Shown piece after piece: positions 12,701-27,700 of a stretch of 64,000 bases of DNA (position 1 is its first letter; each line of letters starts with the position of its first letter). Made by a program: the position numbers and the translations under genes. Below the pieces are notes generated by a model. That model did no database searches. It worked only from the letters and a program-made list of their open reading frames with translations, and was not told where the DNA came from. This stretch comes from Hydrolagus affinis (Eukaryota), in assembly GCA_012026655.1 (NCBI GenBank), contig JAAILG010000643.1, positions 1 to 64,000 on the forward strand, written 5' to 3'.

Positions 12701-15700
12701 AATATTGATGGTCTTGTAGCCTTTAAAAATAATGATCATGGTGCCTGGGCTAGAGGGGGTGACATTATATTCAGCAACTCAGGGTATGTTCTCTCTATGC
12801 TTCAGCTGCTATTGTGGTATAGCAAACTGGTTATTATAATAGATTACTAGTTACTTTAAATTATATATTGTTTCTGGAATTCAAAAGTGGCTTTCTTTGT
12901 GTTTTTACAGGTTCTCAGACAATGGAATTGGTTTGACTCTAGCAAGGTAACTTTATTGAAATTATGTTTCTAGCGTTATAAGTGCAGTACTGTAATCCAT
13001 GTCATTATGCAGCCAATCCCCTGAATCAAATCATTGAACATGTATTTAAAGTTCAACCCAGATCTTCAACTGGCAGAAATAATTTGACAATAATCTCAAG
13101 AGACAAATGTGGTCAATTTGTTTAGTTTTTTTTCAATAATTCTAAATATTTCTTGCCATCAAAGTGAAGCTGCGTTGTACAGTGCCCCACAATGGACTCA
13201 CATTGCTAAAGAACAAACTAAACTCTGAAGAGGCACTCACCTTTCCCACACTTGTTCCTTTTTATTTGTTGCCTTGCATAATGCTCTGTACAAAATGATT
13301 GTGGAATTAGGGACTTTGTTATCCATTCTCAGGATCCTCACATAGGTTTCACACTGGTTCCAAAATATCCACTGACTCGAAGCATTAAGACAGGCCCCCA
13401 CACTCTCAATTTCTCAGCTGTATGTAAGAGCTTTTTAATAGCTCCTAGACTCCCAGACTGCATATTAGGCTTTCCAATGGTTTCCAGAATCCTGCGAAAT
13501 AAATTGTTCTCGTATGGCTCTCTTTGTTTGCTGCCGAGTCACAATGCTAGGCAAATACATACAAATTTCAAGTATGGCATTCCTATCCTCTGAGATGCAG
13601 CTACCTGTGTTAACTCTGGGTTTAGCCTGACGATCCAGGCAATGATAGACAATTGCCGGTTCACGAGCCCCATATTAAATTTTTAAGAAAGTGAATTGCA
13701 CATCTCTATCTGAATTAAGTCACTGGAACTTCGTGGTATCCTTTTATGCTGAAAACAAAAATTTGAAGGGAACTTTTATAATGTGAGTCATTAGATACCC
13801 TGGGATTTGGGGCAAACATGAAGGGTATGAATTAACAATTCAGAAAGCTTAACGATGGTTGTCGTTTGTGTGAGATAACTGTTTGGCAACGGTACCATTG
13901 GTTGACTTGTGGTTAGAAGTTTTTTTTAACTTTTGACTTTTAAATTAAACAAATTTTAAATTGAAAGAATTTGGAGTACTAGGGCCTGATGTGTTAATTA
14001 TTGCAATTCACTCTAGTTCCACGATGTCCATATACAGTTGTTTTGATTGTATGAATGTTTTATTTAATAAGCAGCAAAGCTAAAGTGGCTCTAGTGATAA
14101 AGGGCTTTTTGTAAGTGTTGCAGTTTATTGTCATGGTAGCTGATTGCTTGTGGGCATTGAGAGACAGTATGAGGTCTGTTTTTTTGTTCATGGGTATCAC
14201 GATGGTGCTTTGTTTGTGATACTGACCACAGGAAACAGAATAGCAATTATAGTGCAAGTTGCTTGGGGCACAAATGACACTTGGTTCATATTGTAGTAGT
14301 TCTGGTTGGGATTGTTATCTCGTGTACGTGGAAATAATTCAATTTTCCATGTACAGGAAACCAATTATTTAGAACATAGTGTTATTGGCCACATATATAT
14401 TTTACTAAGCCTTTGCTTATCTACTTATAACCAGGTCCTCAAGGGTTTAAATGTGCAATGTTCCTCTCTTTTTTGATTTTAATTGTTTGAAAGTTTGTCA
14501 TGTGTTTTGCATCAAAAATTGTCTTCATTTTAAAATGGTTATTCTCTTGTGTACCATTCTCAGGGCAATCAGACACAGAATCATCCTTAATAAATGTGTA
14601 TTCAAAACGAAACTCTTTCTTTTCTCTCTGCCTGGCAATTGCTCAGCCGCAACTGACAAGTGAAGGTACTCAATAGTAGCAATTAATTGTTCGTTTTTGT
14701 TTCCATAGTGACGGAACTTTCCCGACAGATGACGGATCGAGCTTGGAAGTGAGCAAATCAATCTTTGTTGGGGAAAGTAGTAATGTGGGCTTCAATGGAG
14801 GAAAAAACAGATACTGGGGAAAGGGAGCACATGGTGAATACAGGACACTTCCCAGAAACAGGTAGACAACGAGAGCTTGAGTGGATGAGGCATTTTTTTT
14901 GGACTTGATGTTGCAAGAAGCAACAAGTGCTGAAAGGCTTAGCTGTTAAGTGATGATTTTCATTTCCCTCCGTCTTGTGTTTTATAGAACCTTTCCCATT
15001 CGGGGATTCCAAATCTACGATGGTCCGATCCGACTAAAACAATGCACGTTTAAGAAATACCAACCCACCCATGAAAGATATTCTAGTGCTCTTGCATTTT
15101 TTATGAGGAATTCCTGGCAAGTCAGCCCTCAGAACAATGTGTCTCAGCTGATGATGGAGAGGAGTGTAAGTTGCAGAACTGTTCTTTGTTGTGAATCCAA
15201 GCATAGCCAGAAGTCGGTTACCATGACTGATCACTGTTTGAAGGTTTTCTAGACTTCGAATGAAAATTTGATTAAGTTCTGTTTATGTTGCGGGATGCTA
15301 TACAGTTGTTTGAAATAAACATGACTTTGAATTACCCTGAGGTTGCCGGTGCTGTGAAATTCTCTCCATTACATCTGTTAAGTGGAATCTGCAAATCTAG
15401 CAGAAACCACTGAATGGGTTAGGGAAAGGAAAACACATGAGCCCAGAATAATATGTTCAGTTATATTAAGACAGCAGGGCAAGAGTTTTAGGTCAATTTT
15501 AGGACAGAAACCATGAGATATTTCTGTACACAAGAAAGTAATAAACCAGTGTAACAGATCACCAGGAAAAGTAGTCAAGGCAAGGGACAGTGGGCTCTTT
15601 TATAAACAGCTCGAAGAAGTAGTTGGAAGATGTTAAGATTGACATTCAGGAAGAAGAAGGCCAATTGAATCAAGTGCCTTCATGTTCTCCAAAGAAAAAA

Positions 15701-18700
15701 ATTAACACTTTAATAATTATTTCATAAATCTTCTCCTTTTTATCTGAAGGTTTGTGTGTTGAATGTAATGATTTACAATACGTACCCTGCAATGGCACCT
15801 GTTAGTACTCTGTTCAGTTGGTCCTGAAATGGCTTTTTGAGTTGACTAGCCATTTGAGGTCACAACTGAGCCTGTCTTCATCTGTGTGATTTCCAGCAAA
15901 GGCATAACATTGGGGTGTGGCGATCCTGTTTAATTTGATGCCTCTTCCCAGTTGCTCCTTAGTTGAGTTCAGCAACTTAGCATAAGATGAAGGGAATTGA
16001 ACATATCTTGTGTCAGTTTCACACGAGGCGTAAAAATGGTTGTCCTATAAGGTAGTTTACCAACCGAGCAATCAAATCTTGTATTTGAAATGTGATAAAC
16101 ATCATTCAGATTTTTTTTGGGAAAACATACAATATGGCTCATATTTCTGGGTTTGAACTCAAATCTCTGGTTGGCTTCGAAAGGTTGAACAAATTGTTAA
16201 ACACAGTCCTGAAGTGCGTGACTTACTCCTGTGTTATGCAACCAATATTCCAGCAAACCAACAATCGCAAGACATTTCAAAATACATTAAATCCTAATTA
16301 TTTGGCCTAAGTTACTTTTTAGATGGAAGAATGCTTATTTGGCAGCATTTAACACATAACCAATTAAACCAATTAGGTTTAACAAATTCAAGCACTGTAG
16401 GCATCTGCATAACAAATAATACCTGCATATTTTGGAAAAAAAAATGACTGCAGTCAAGATCAGTGGACTTTGAAAGATTGAATTGGAAACGTCTGGCTTT
16501 TTTTTAACAATGAAAATTTAATGACATATTTTGACTGTAATGACAAAAAATATTAATTTAAAACAGTGGAACATTTTTCAGTTCATATTCCAAATTGTCT
16601 GGAGTTTTCATAGGTAAATAGTGGATTGTTTAGAATTGTACTTTAAATTACTGTGGTGTTAATATACAAAATGTGCAGGCATAGGCTATTATATTGTCTC
16701 ATATGTTATTTTTGTCCTGGGTTTCAATTCAATACTTGAATTGAAAAGCAGATGGCCTCTGTTTGGAGCATTCCCTTCCAGTACCTCATTTTCCTTCCTT
16801 GTTTGTAGGTGGGACTTAAAGTATTCTTTGGCAAAGCAGGACAGTGGTTTGGAGATATTAACCTTGATGGTGACAAAGCTTCTATTTTCCACGACTTGGA
16901 TGGTTCAGTAACTGGATTTCCAGACACATTTGTCGCCAGAGCTGACAACTATCTGATTCGTCATCCAGGCTGTCTTAGTGTGCCAAAATGGAACGGAGTC
17001 ATATGTAGTGGAAAATATGCTCAGGTAGTGTTTACTAAAATTGCATAACTTTTGGGAGTCCAGATTGTATATTGATAACTTTGTTGATCTATTTTTCTGG
17101 GAATACTAGCATTTTGTTTTGTACGATTTTTAATCTCCAATGGACAACACTAGTAAAAGAATTAAGGTGAAAAGGATTGAAGGATCGAAATTCAATTCAG
17201 TTTTGAAATTCCTTTTTGATTTTCACAGATTGAGGTTTTTGAAACATTTTGAGCCTTGCCCTCAACACAAAAGTTGAAGCCCAATAATTTCCATGCTCCA
17301 TTTTGCTCCAATTGATGGGAAATCAATGTTTTAGTGCAGCTACAAATTGGACATCGATTTAATGCAATCAAGTATCCTTTGAAGCAGTAATGAAATCCTA
17401 GCTCCAGGCATTGAAAGGCAAATTAAGTGTATTTTCACCATTTTGCGCGCTTAGATTTCTGGCGAACTTGTGACTTCTGTTTACAGCCGTCTTTTTGTTA
17501 GGTTTTCACCAAGTTCATAAATAGGTCAATCTGATCTTAATACAATACCCCAACCTTTGAATTGATTTTCCATTTCTCAGTGTTTGCAACATTCAGTACA
17601 AGTGCTCACCTATAGCTACAAAACTTTTCATCTCCATGATAATTCTTAAACATAAGCCATTTCTGTTTACATTTTCATAAGCTGTTCACACTTTCTATGT
17701 TAACATTCAGACTGATTTGTATTCTTTAGTTTTTATCTGTAAATTGCCACAATTTCCTTTGCTCTTTATGAACCCTGGTTAGTTTACCACTGCCATACTC
17801 CTCTGCTGGATTTGAACATTGCCAAGTATCCTTGCTTGTCCCCTCAAGTAATTAAGTTCTGGTGGGAGAGTATCTATTTCCGAACATTTATTTCTTCTTT
17901 CCAATGGAAAAAAAACACGAGCACATCTGCCAAATCTCCTCTCTAGAGAATGTAATTTTGAGGGATGTGTACTGTAACCTTCTTAGAATATTCTTTAAAT
18001 CCTCTGCGTCTCTGGCCCGCAATAGATATTCTAGCTTTCCGAGATATTAACCAAAATTGTTTTTGAAGGATTCCCCCGAAATGGATGGAAAAATATTTGT
18101 AAAGCCACTTTGGCTTTTCTATATTGTTATTGGCTAGTAGCCACATTGTCCTACCCAGAAAAAGAAGAATGTGTAACCTAACAAACAAAATTCTTAAAAA
18201 TGTCTGAAATTACCCTTTTAATGTCAGAACTAATAGAACACAACTTCTTGGATATTTGCAAGAGCTGTTTATTTCAGTCATGCAAAGTTGGATTTTTTTT
18301 TAGTTTTCAACACTTGCTTTAGTTTAATTTTAACAGATTGTTGAATTATTCAAGTTGGTGCAAGCCAGGCAGGTCTTAGTGTCAGCTCTGAGCAAAGTGG
18401 ATGATTGTTAATCATCACAATCTGAAAAGAGGCACAAAGCAGCAGAGTAGTTCCAAAAGTCTTAAAATAGCATGAACCAAAACTGGTAGAACAAGAGAGT
18501 ACTAGAGACAGCAAACAGTTTTTTTAAATAAAGTGGTTCCTTGCCACATATCTTCAGAATCTGGAATGCTGATGTTTCGTGCAAAACGGCGAATGCATTG
18601 TTAAGGTACAATAGTCATTCACAATTGATAACTATTGTTAATATTCTCAAGACCCCCGTTCTTGAGTCCCGACCTTGACTGTTCAGTGCCTTGGGATGTC

Positions 18701-21700
18701 CTTCCGACGTGAAAGGCGCACAATAAATGTAATTTTGTTGTTGTTAATTTGGCTAAAATAAATATTGCAACCAAACCTCTCCTCTAATTGGATGGAACTC
18801 GATATTTCCATAGCCTTTTATGACTTACCGGTTTTGATCTCCAAAGTACATTTGTAAGAATGTGTGACTTTAATGTGGATTAATGCCTGCTGGCTGTTCG
18901 CTTAAAGAGATTAATAAAAGAATGCAATCTGCTAATAATCCTTGACTAATTACCAGGTTACATAGAAACTAGCACCAGTGTTAATTTTCGAAAGTGCTTC
19001 TCTCTGCATGTGTCGGCTGGTGGTGTGGAGTTTGTGTTTGTTCAGTAGGCCAAAGATTAAATGAAAAACAATGGGGTTACCAAAAACTGCTGGATTAATA
19101 AATGTGCTGAAACATCATCAATGGAATAGTTTTGGCAGTGCAACATTTGCAACAGAATATTTTGAATAATCCTCTGACTGCAATTCTTGCACCATATTTA
19201 ATGCACAAACGTGTATCAAAAATATACTAGTCTATATTAATCTCAAAAGTCTTGAAACATACTTAGTACAGTATATTGCTGAAATAAGATGAACATCGAA
19301 AGGTTAGTGTGTGGCACATCTTGTACAATACAATTTGCAATTATTAATGCCTTTCATGCTGGACACGCAAGTCCAGGTTAGGGTCAATCGAGTTAAAGAA
19401 TATGGGTGGTGGGGGGGGGGGAACGGAGCTTGGGTAAATGACCAAAAGGACAGTCAGTGGGGTAAGTCTCGAGTCTGGCTTTGAAAGTTGGAAGTTGGGA
19501 GGGTGGAGGTGAGTCTGAGAGGCTCTGAGATGGAGTTCCAAAGAATGGAGGCAGAATGGCTGAAACCCTGCCCAAATAGGATGGAGGAATAATGTAGTAG
19601 ACGAGTATTTGTTGAGTGAAGCGAGTGGCTGGGTTGGAGAGGTGGAGGGGCAGGGGGAGGAAGTTAGATCATGGATTTACAACACATTTGAAACATTTTA
19701 CCTTTTCAATTTAAGCAGTTTTTAAAAAATATTATTTGACTATTCGTGTGTAGCAATAAATGCAAAATCCTAAGTTAATTAGGAAAATGATGGATTTTAA
19801 ACATCTTATTGTAGAATTGTGTTGAAGCTCTCAGCTTTGTTTGTAAAATCCCATTGTCTCCCAAAGCATCAAGCAGCATCTTCTCTGATCAGAAACTTAT
19901 CATTGTCACTTCATTCTACTTAGCTCTATGTGCAGGCAAGACGCCCAGAGAACCTCTCACTACTGATTACAAGGGATCCATATCCGCACCAAACTCTGAC
20001 GCTGCAAGGTGTGAATCGTAGAGCGCCATATCAACAGTATCAGGCTGTGGTGTTGTTGCAACAGGCCTACACTCTGTGCTGGAATGGCAGAGCCCCCAAG
20101 GAAATCGTCCTCTACCCAATTAATTTTAACAGGTACCTTTATATAAGAGTTGTGATTTGTTTGTTGGTGTCATTATCATTCACCATCCATCCAAAGCTTG
20201 AGTCAGGTTTTCTTCTCTACTTTCACTTCTCAGAATATTGCTGTTTATAATAATAATATGTATTTTATAACGATTGCTTAATTCTTTCCCCCCCACCTCC
20301 CCATGGCTCAGGCTTCTAATCAGCTGTGGGAAGTGTTCTGATGCAAAAGGAGGTATACAAATGTATATTGTAAATTATTGTTGATTGCAATAATTCTAGA
20401 TGGGCAAATACATTTATGCATAATTCTTAGTAGACAGTATTTTCTCAGAGAATATGAATTACTTGTTTAAAAGGCTACACAGCTTGTTTTGAGGCAAAGA
20501 GACCGAGTCTCATGCTTTATGCTAAAATAGCTGCTCTAGCCCAGCTCTAAGATACGATTGTTGATGTTCACTGAACGTATTTCAATCTACTTTATTGATG
20601 GTAAGACAGCTTCAGTATTCCAAATACATGCTCTCCTATTTCCGACAAAAGATTGGAATGATCTCTCAATTTTTTTACATAATGCTCTCAGGTTACAATC
20701 TTTTCTGACAACAAGAGAAGCAATTTTCGTTCCTAAAACCTCAATTGAAGCAAAGATAGTTCTGACCTGCTGTGCCTCCAAACCCACTGTTCTCTATCAG
20801 GGATGATTTAATATTCACAAAAGAACACAGATTTTGTTTTATAATTTAATACAAAATAATGACTTGAGATTTATAGATGATTGTTTCTTGTGTGGATATG
20901 TGAAATGTGTTTAATTTTCCTAATACGCAAGTGTGATTTATTGTCACTAGACAGCTTGACAAAAAAGAAACATTCAGCAATGAAGGAAAACTTGTTGAGA
21001 CAGGAACTCACTTGGTGTGGATGAAGTAAGGAATGGATTGTGAGCCATAAGTCAAGATAAATTGAAGGATACACAGAAAGATAGTTGAGTTGACTAAAAG
21101 CAGCTGTTTTTTAAAAAAAAGTAAATTGCTTTTCTTTGGTAAAGAAGTCTTTCCAATAACTAGACTTCAACATTGTACACCATTTCAGTCAAGAATGCAA
21201 GCTTTAACTTGGTAACCTGTAGAAAGTAATTACTGGTGTTAGTCAAGTGTTTGTTTGAATGTAGATGTTCAGAAGACTGCATAGTCTATTTTTGACACAA
21301 CACAAAATACTACAGATGCTGGGAATCTGAAACAAAACAGAAGTTGCTGGGGAAACTCAGCAGGTCAGACAGCATCCATGGAGAAAGGAAAATGAGTCAA
21401 CGTTTTGGGTCTACAACCCTTCGTCAGAACTAGACCCTAGTCTATTTTCGGTTTTGATGTTTTAGATGTGTGCCATTGTTGTTCCACAAACAGCCATCAA
21501 GTGAGTGACCAATTTTATCTGAGGGTTTGTTGGACAGGACGTTGGAAGAAATCCCCTTTTCTTTTTGAATACTGCAATTCATAAACTACCTGAACTGGCA
21601 AATGGTTCCGCAGTTTAACATCACATCTGATGAATGCCAGCTCCCAACAATACATTGCTCCCTCAGTACTGCAGTGGAGTCTAGACTATGAGTTCAAAGT

Positions 21701-24700
21701 CCTGAAGTAAACAACTTCTGATTCACAGTCAAAGAGCACAACCACCTGTGCCAGGCTGACACAATACTAATGTCTCTTTCATGGACTAGGGTTTGGACAT
21801 TCATCAATCACACTCTTGCTGTCATTTATAACCATAGCTTCCTATATTTATGGAGAATACCTGGGAGATAAAAGAAGTGATTAAAGTCTTAAATGACTAC
21901 TCTTGTGCTGATTTTAACACCATAAATACTGAAAAGTAGGATTTTGAGGCATTCTTGTTTCCTCTATACTTACAAATTTCTTTTCACCACATTGATAATA
22001 TGTGATTTGAAGCTAGACATATATTCCATTGGGACTAAATATTGTTTTTAAAAATAATTTCTCAAATCTAATTTAGTTCTACAATGAGCCAGACAGTTCT
22101 CAAGGAGAGTTCAATTTGAAGTTCTATGTGACTTATATTTATATATATTTTTAAAGAATCACGTTTGCTGTTCAAAATCACTCTGGATACTTCAGTGAAG
22201 AAACAAAAATGAACAATGCATTTTGAACTCTTTGCGTCTGCCAAGGTTTTGCACACAGATTAGGAGTTGCATACTAATTCAGTAGTGAACTGCTCAGGTG
22301 TCACCAAAAAAACTTTATAACATTAAAACTTTCTAAAAGTAGAATAAACTGGTTGCTCTGTGCAAAACTTTGATAACCAGAGCTAAACAGTAGGAAAAAT
22401 TGACTGCGTTGGTCATTCTTGTTTCTAAGCTAAAATCTCCACCCCTGATTCAATAACACAATATTACCTTGGCGAAACCATATAGTTAAATTCATTAGCA
22501 TTATTTTTTTTCTATCTTTCTTGGATATACAGTACTGTATGAAGATAAATTCTTATGAGGCAAAGTGAATGAATTTTACTAACTTAAACAGTTATGATTC
22601 AATTTTAATAATTTTATTTTTGTTGATTTTACAAATATTCAGTGGGCTATTTTAAAGTATAGCATTACAGATGTTCGGTTAACCCACCATATGCTTTTCA
22701 TTCAACAATCTGTCAGGGTGAATGCAGCATTCAGATGGGTTACAGATGTCAGTGTGGAGCAATAATGCACTTAAACTTTCAATGTTTAGAGCTGTAATGG
22801 AAAAAAAAATGAGTCCAATGAAAAATCATAATATGTTTTTGATGACAGACTAAAATGTTGCTAAAGGTGCTGTCTGTCTCTGCTTCTGTTTCAGCAGAAG
22901 GTGCAAGAAAAAACAGAAGACACAATAATAATAATCCTTGCATTTGATATTTCATGTATAATTAGTGTGCAAATTACAGTGGAGTCATCCAAACGAGAGA
23001 ATTGGCCATACTTTAGCTTCTTTAGGGGAGAAGAGGAAGCCAGTACCTGTCACGATAATTGAAAAATTACTTGCACAGAAAAGTAGCTTCTGTGTATCTT
23101 TTAGTAAACTTATGTGCACAGCTCACAAAATACCATACATCTGCCAAGTACAGTATTATGAAATGATTGATGTCATGTCCTCTGTCTGTGCTATGTAACA
23201 CAAATGTAGCCTGGAACTATTGGAAAGCTATGTTTCACTTTTACACAATAAGGACACAGGTCATTTTCCCTTCCTACCATTCCCTGGTCTTCAAATAGAT
23301 GGACTTTCCCAATTGGAGATGTATTTTGGATCCATTCTCCATGTATGTAATGCCTTTCACTTTGGGAAGATGTTTCAAAGTACTGTACTTCACAAGGATG
23401 TTGTGTCTTGGTGCACTGAAATGGTAACATAGAAATGCTGCTTCATGGAATAATAAATACTGGTGGGCTAAATTCCAATCATCTTTAATGTGTAGTGCCT
23501 CTGGTGATGTGAGATTCATAATGGCAAAATCTCCTTGGCAACCAACACGCCCAAAGGTGCTGTGCTTAACGCCAACCGGAATTTTAGGTCATGGGTTCTC
23601 TACAATTTCACATGGTTCTGGGTAAGGATAAACCTAAACTTAAATCAACTTGCACCACTGGGTCATGTTTATTACTGTGTGTTGCATGGATGGACCTAAA
23701 GCAGTGAAAGGAAACTATTCACAAACCATTCACACACCTGTAAGACTATCAGTATTACAGTGTCTCGAATATTTAATCTTGACGTGTAGTGTTTTAAATG
23801 ATTAGTCTAATTTATGACTACTGTATTTGTAAGTTAGACTTCAGCTAATAATAATCCTTGCATTTGATATAGCACTTTTCACGTCTTCTAGACGTCGCAA
23901 AGTGCTTCGCAGAAAATATACTGTAAAGTGAATTGACTGTTTATAATGAAGAAAGAAAACCTCAGAGAGACTGTGAGGCATTTCAGCTAGATGGGTTTCA
24001 TCTTCACTTCTGAAAGGAAATGAGAGAGACAATAGACATGGTTCTGGTTCATATTTTCAGAAGAGCGAGTATGTGTTAAATAGGAACAGTCATTGTATGG
24101 TACGAGTTGCCAAAGAATGTCATTGAAGCAGGCTATATAAAATTCCTAATGGATTTGTTTCGGGAAAGAGAAAGGATTGAGAGATGTGCTGAGAAGGAGC
24201 TGACGTTGAGAAGTATCAAACTGAACAATCATGTTGGGCCGATTTGCCTTTTCCTACCCTTAACTAATTTTATGTTTTAAGGTCTAAACATTAGAGACTG
24301 GAGGATTAAAAAAACACACACAAAAATGTTTTCTGAGTAAATGAGACATCATGCCCGGAAATTGTAGACTAGTTAGTCTGATGGGGGAAATATGTCAGGA
24401 AGCATTATACTGAATGCTCTCAATGTTCAGACAACCATGAAGCCATAAAGAGGACATTGGATTAAATCTCAAGTACAGACTTGAAGGGTTGAATGGTTAT
24501 TTCTTCTGTGCTGTAACTTTCAAAATTATTTTAGATGGATTTAGTAAAAAGAAAAACATCATGTCTCACAAGACTGCTAGATGGATACCAAGGAAGGACC
24601 TGAACTAGCACAGGAGACTACACATAGTTTTATTAATACAGAAACTCTTGCAATACAACAAAGAGTCTCAAACGCTATAGGTTTTTGGAAGGAATAGTGA

Positions 24701-27700
24701 CTATTTGTGGCAGCCAATTTCTGCAAAATGGTGTCCCACAAAGAGTCATGAAGTGAATGACCAATTTTTGATTGTTGACCAGAACAACAGGAGAAACTCC
24801 CTTCTCAAAATCTACTTGATTTTCAGAAGACATTTGATAGTTTCATTTTACTTTGAATAAGAAAAACACTTTGGCAATTATTAAGCTTGATTTGCTTTTT
24901 AATCCTGTGTTTTTTGCCTCCCAACATTGCTCAAAAGATCTTCGGGGAATTTACTTTCCAAACCTTAAGTCTTTACTTGCCAGCAAAATGTACAGTCTAA
25001 TACTTAACACAAAATTGCAATGTAAATGCGTTGTGATGGGTGATATTTTGGTCACCGGGAAAATATGAACTGTAATGTGTTCAGCCAAGTTAAGTACATT
25101 CAGTTTTAAAGATTTTAAAAATGTGAAACTACTGTAGCTCACCTAAGTATTTTTTAAAAAAGCAAATCAAGAAATGTGGCAGTACTATCACAAACAACAG
25201 CATTTTTCAATGCATATAATAATAATCCTTGCATTTGATATATAGTGCATTTCACATCTTATCAATGTCTCAAAGTGCTTCACAGAATATACTGTAAAGT
25301 GAATTGACTGTATATTTGTGGGTGAAACGTGGCAGCAAATTGCACACAGCGGTGTTCCATAAACAGTCGTGAATTGAAGTGACCAATTTTATTATAATAT
25401 AGAATTTTCTCACAAGCCAACCTCCCGAAACTGTTTCGTGCGGTTTCCTCACAAAAATTCAGTTTGTTTCTAACCATACAATTGTATGGAAGTCAATTAT
25501 TTGTTTTTTTTAAACTCGGAGGGAGGTCTGTTTTTGTTACTTTGTCAAGTTTGTGCAGTATTTGTGTAGAGTGTTTGTTCAGGAAAAGTTGATAATGGAT
25601 ATTTGACTGGCTGGAACACTTCACCAAAACAATATAACATCCAGTCTTATTTTCCCTGTTTTTATTATTGTGAGGGGTGTGGGGAACTAGAAGGAAAGCT
25701 TAATGGGCTGGTGGCCTTTACTCTTAAGAGATTTATTTAAAGCAATTCATCTGATGACTGAAATATTACAGAAAATGTGCTAATTATTTGGAGTTCTGTA
25801 GCTCAGTGGTTAGAGCACTCACTCTGGGTTACATTCCAGACAGGGCGAAACCTTGGGCAAGTTTCCCTACTCCACACGCCTGATAATGCCTTGAAAAAAA
25901 CAATAATAAATTGGTCACTTCAATCCACGACTGTTTGTGGGACACTGCTGTGCGCAATTGGCTGCCGCATTTCACCCACAAAGTATGCAGTCAATTCACT
26001 TTACAGTATATTCTGTGAAGGGCTTCTAGACATCTAGAAGATGTGAAAAGTGTTGTATCAAATCAAGGATTAATTATAAAATAAGAAAACCAGTTCATAC
26101 CTTAAACAATTTGATGTACAAGCCATCTAAAATGAAGCAAAATTATGGATAATGTAAACCTGAAATTGCAGAAAATGTTTATAAAAATGATTGGCTAGGA
26201 TTCTAACTGGCCTCCAATTAATTTTACTGCACTATATTCAGTCAGGTAGTGTTAGTAGCCTAATTGGAAATTATAACCTCAATTTGATTTAACATTAAAT
26301 TCATAGTTTTTTTGTGTGTTTTACTAAATTTTAATACAGTTCAGAAATACTGAGGAATGCGAATTCATCCCCCAAATATACACCGTGTATTGGAAAGTCG
26401 GAAACTTAAGGAATGTTTCAAACATGTCTCTAGAAAAGACACTTCATTCCTTGGCTACTTTTTTACATTTGCATTACTGTATTTAATATTGCATTTAAGC
26501 AAATGTATCATTGCAAGGCAGTCACAAACATACCTTGCTGGGAAGTTAACATTTGCTCCTTGTTGACCAAAAGCTGCAAAAAGAATGTTAAATGTTTCAC
26601 TTGCCTTAGCAGAGTTCTTCGAGATTTCTCATGAGGTGTCGAATGCTGTTGTCGATGCTAATCTCAAGATGTCGAGCTGGACTTTGTCATTGACGCGAAT
26701 TTAGTTTTTTGCAGTTTGTGTCAGTGATGACTAATTCCGACAAGTCTGAAAGAAAGGCTTCTATTGCACTCAGCTATGATACTCACCAGGTTACAATTTT
26801 ACTAGCAAGTGGGAAGTTTTAAGTGCATTTTTAGAACGCTGGCAAACACAGTGAGTACACAGTTGCTCCCCATGTCCCCCTTAACTTGATTTCTCTGGAT
26901 TCAGGGATACATGGTTTATGTAGACGTGAGAAGGATATTTGACTTAAGCCATTATGGATTTGCTTCTTGATGCTTTCCATTGAGTTCCATTACAGGAAAC
27001 AACGTGTAATGTAAGATGATCAGTTTTCTCAATTCCAGAAACGTCCAGTGCCAAAGCAACCTCACCCAATGATCTTTTACACTTGGGCAATAGCCTTCAT
27101 GTTATTAAGCAGTATCCATTGCCATCATACTTTCGCACAAATGTGAAGTGTCATTAGAAATTAATTTGGGGATCTCTATTGCCCAAATAATTATAGGGAA
27201 AGACCTGGAGAGAATTTGACTGAATATTTGACTGACTATTTGGGTGCATTTCTTACCCTTCATTACGGTTATCTGAATGGCGGAGATCACAAAATGATTA
27301 TTTAATGGCTTTTCATGAATCGGCATAAGTTACCTGTCATTGCAACGCTTGCATGATGACATCAAGACTTTTGTGTCTATGCGCAGAACACATGCTGAAT
27401 GTGCCATCGGACATGTTCTCTCTCAGATCCAGCTTCCCGGGATAGGTGTGAGTGAAGATGATCTCAATCTCTGGGGGTGGGACTAGGAATGTATGTGAAG
27501 TGGTACTAAATCAGGGGTGATCAGAAGAAATGTGGACAGGTGAAAGATCAAGTTTTGCTTGATTTGTCTTTAGGCATCGGGCAGTTTTTATTCAGGACTT
27601 TCCCCTTGAGATTAAATGGACGAGTGAAGTTTACAATAAGAGTGGTGTTGTGTAGCAGTTGAGGGAGTATGGCTGATGAGCCAAATAGCCTTTTCTTTGT

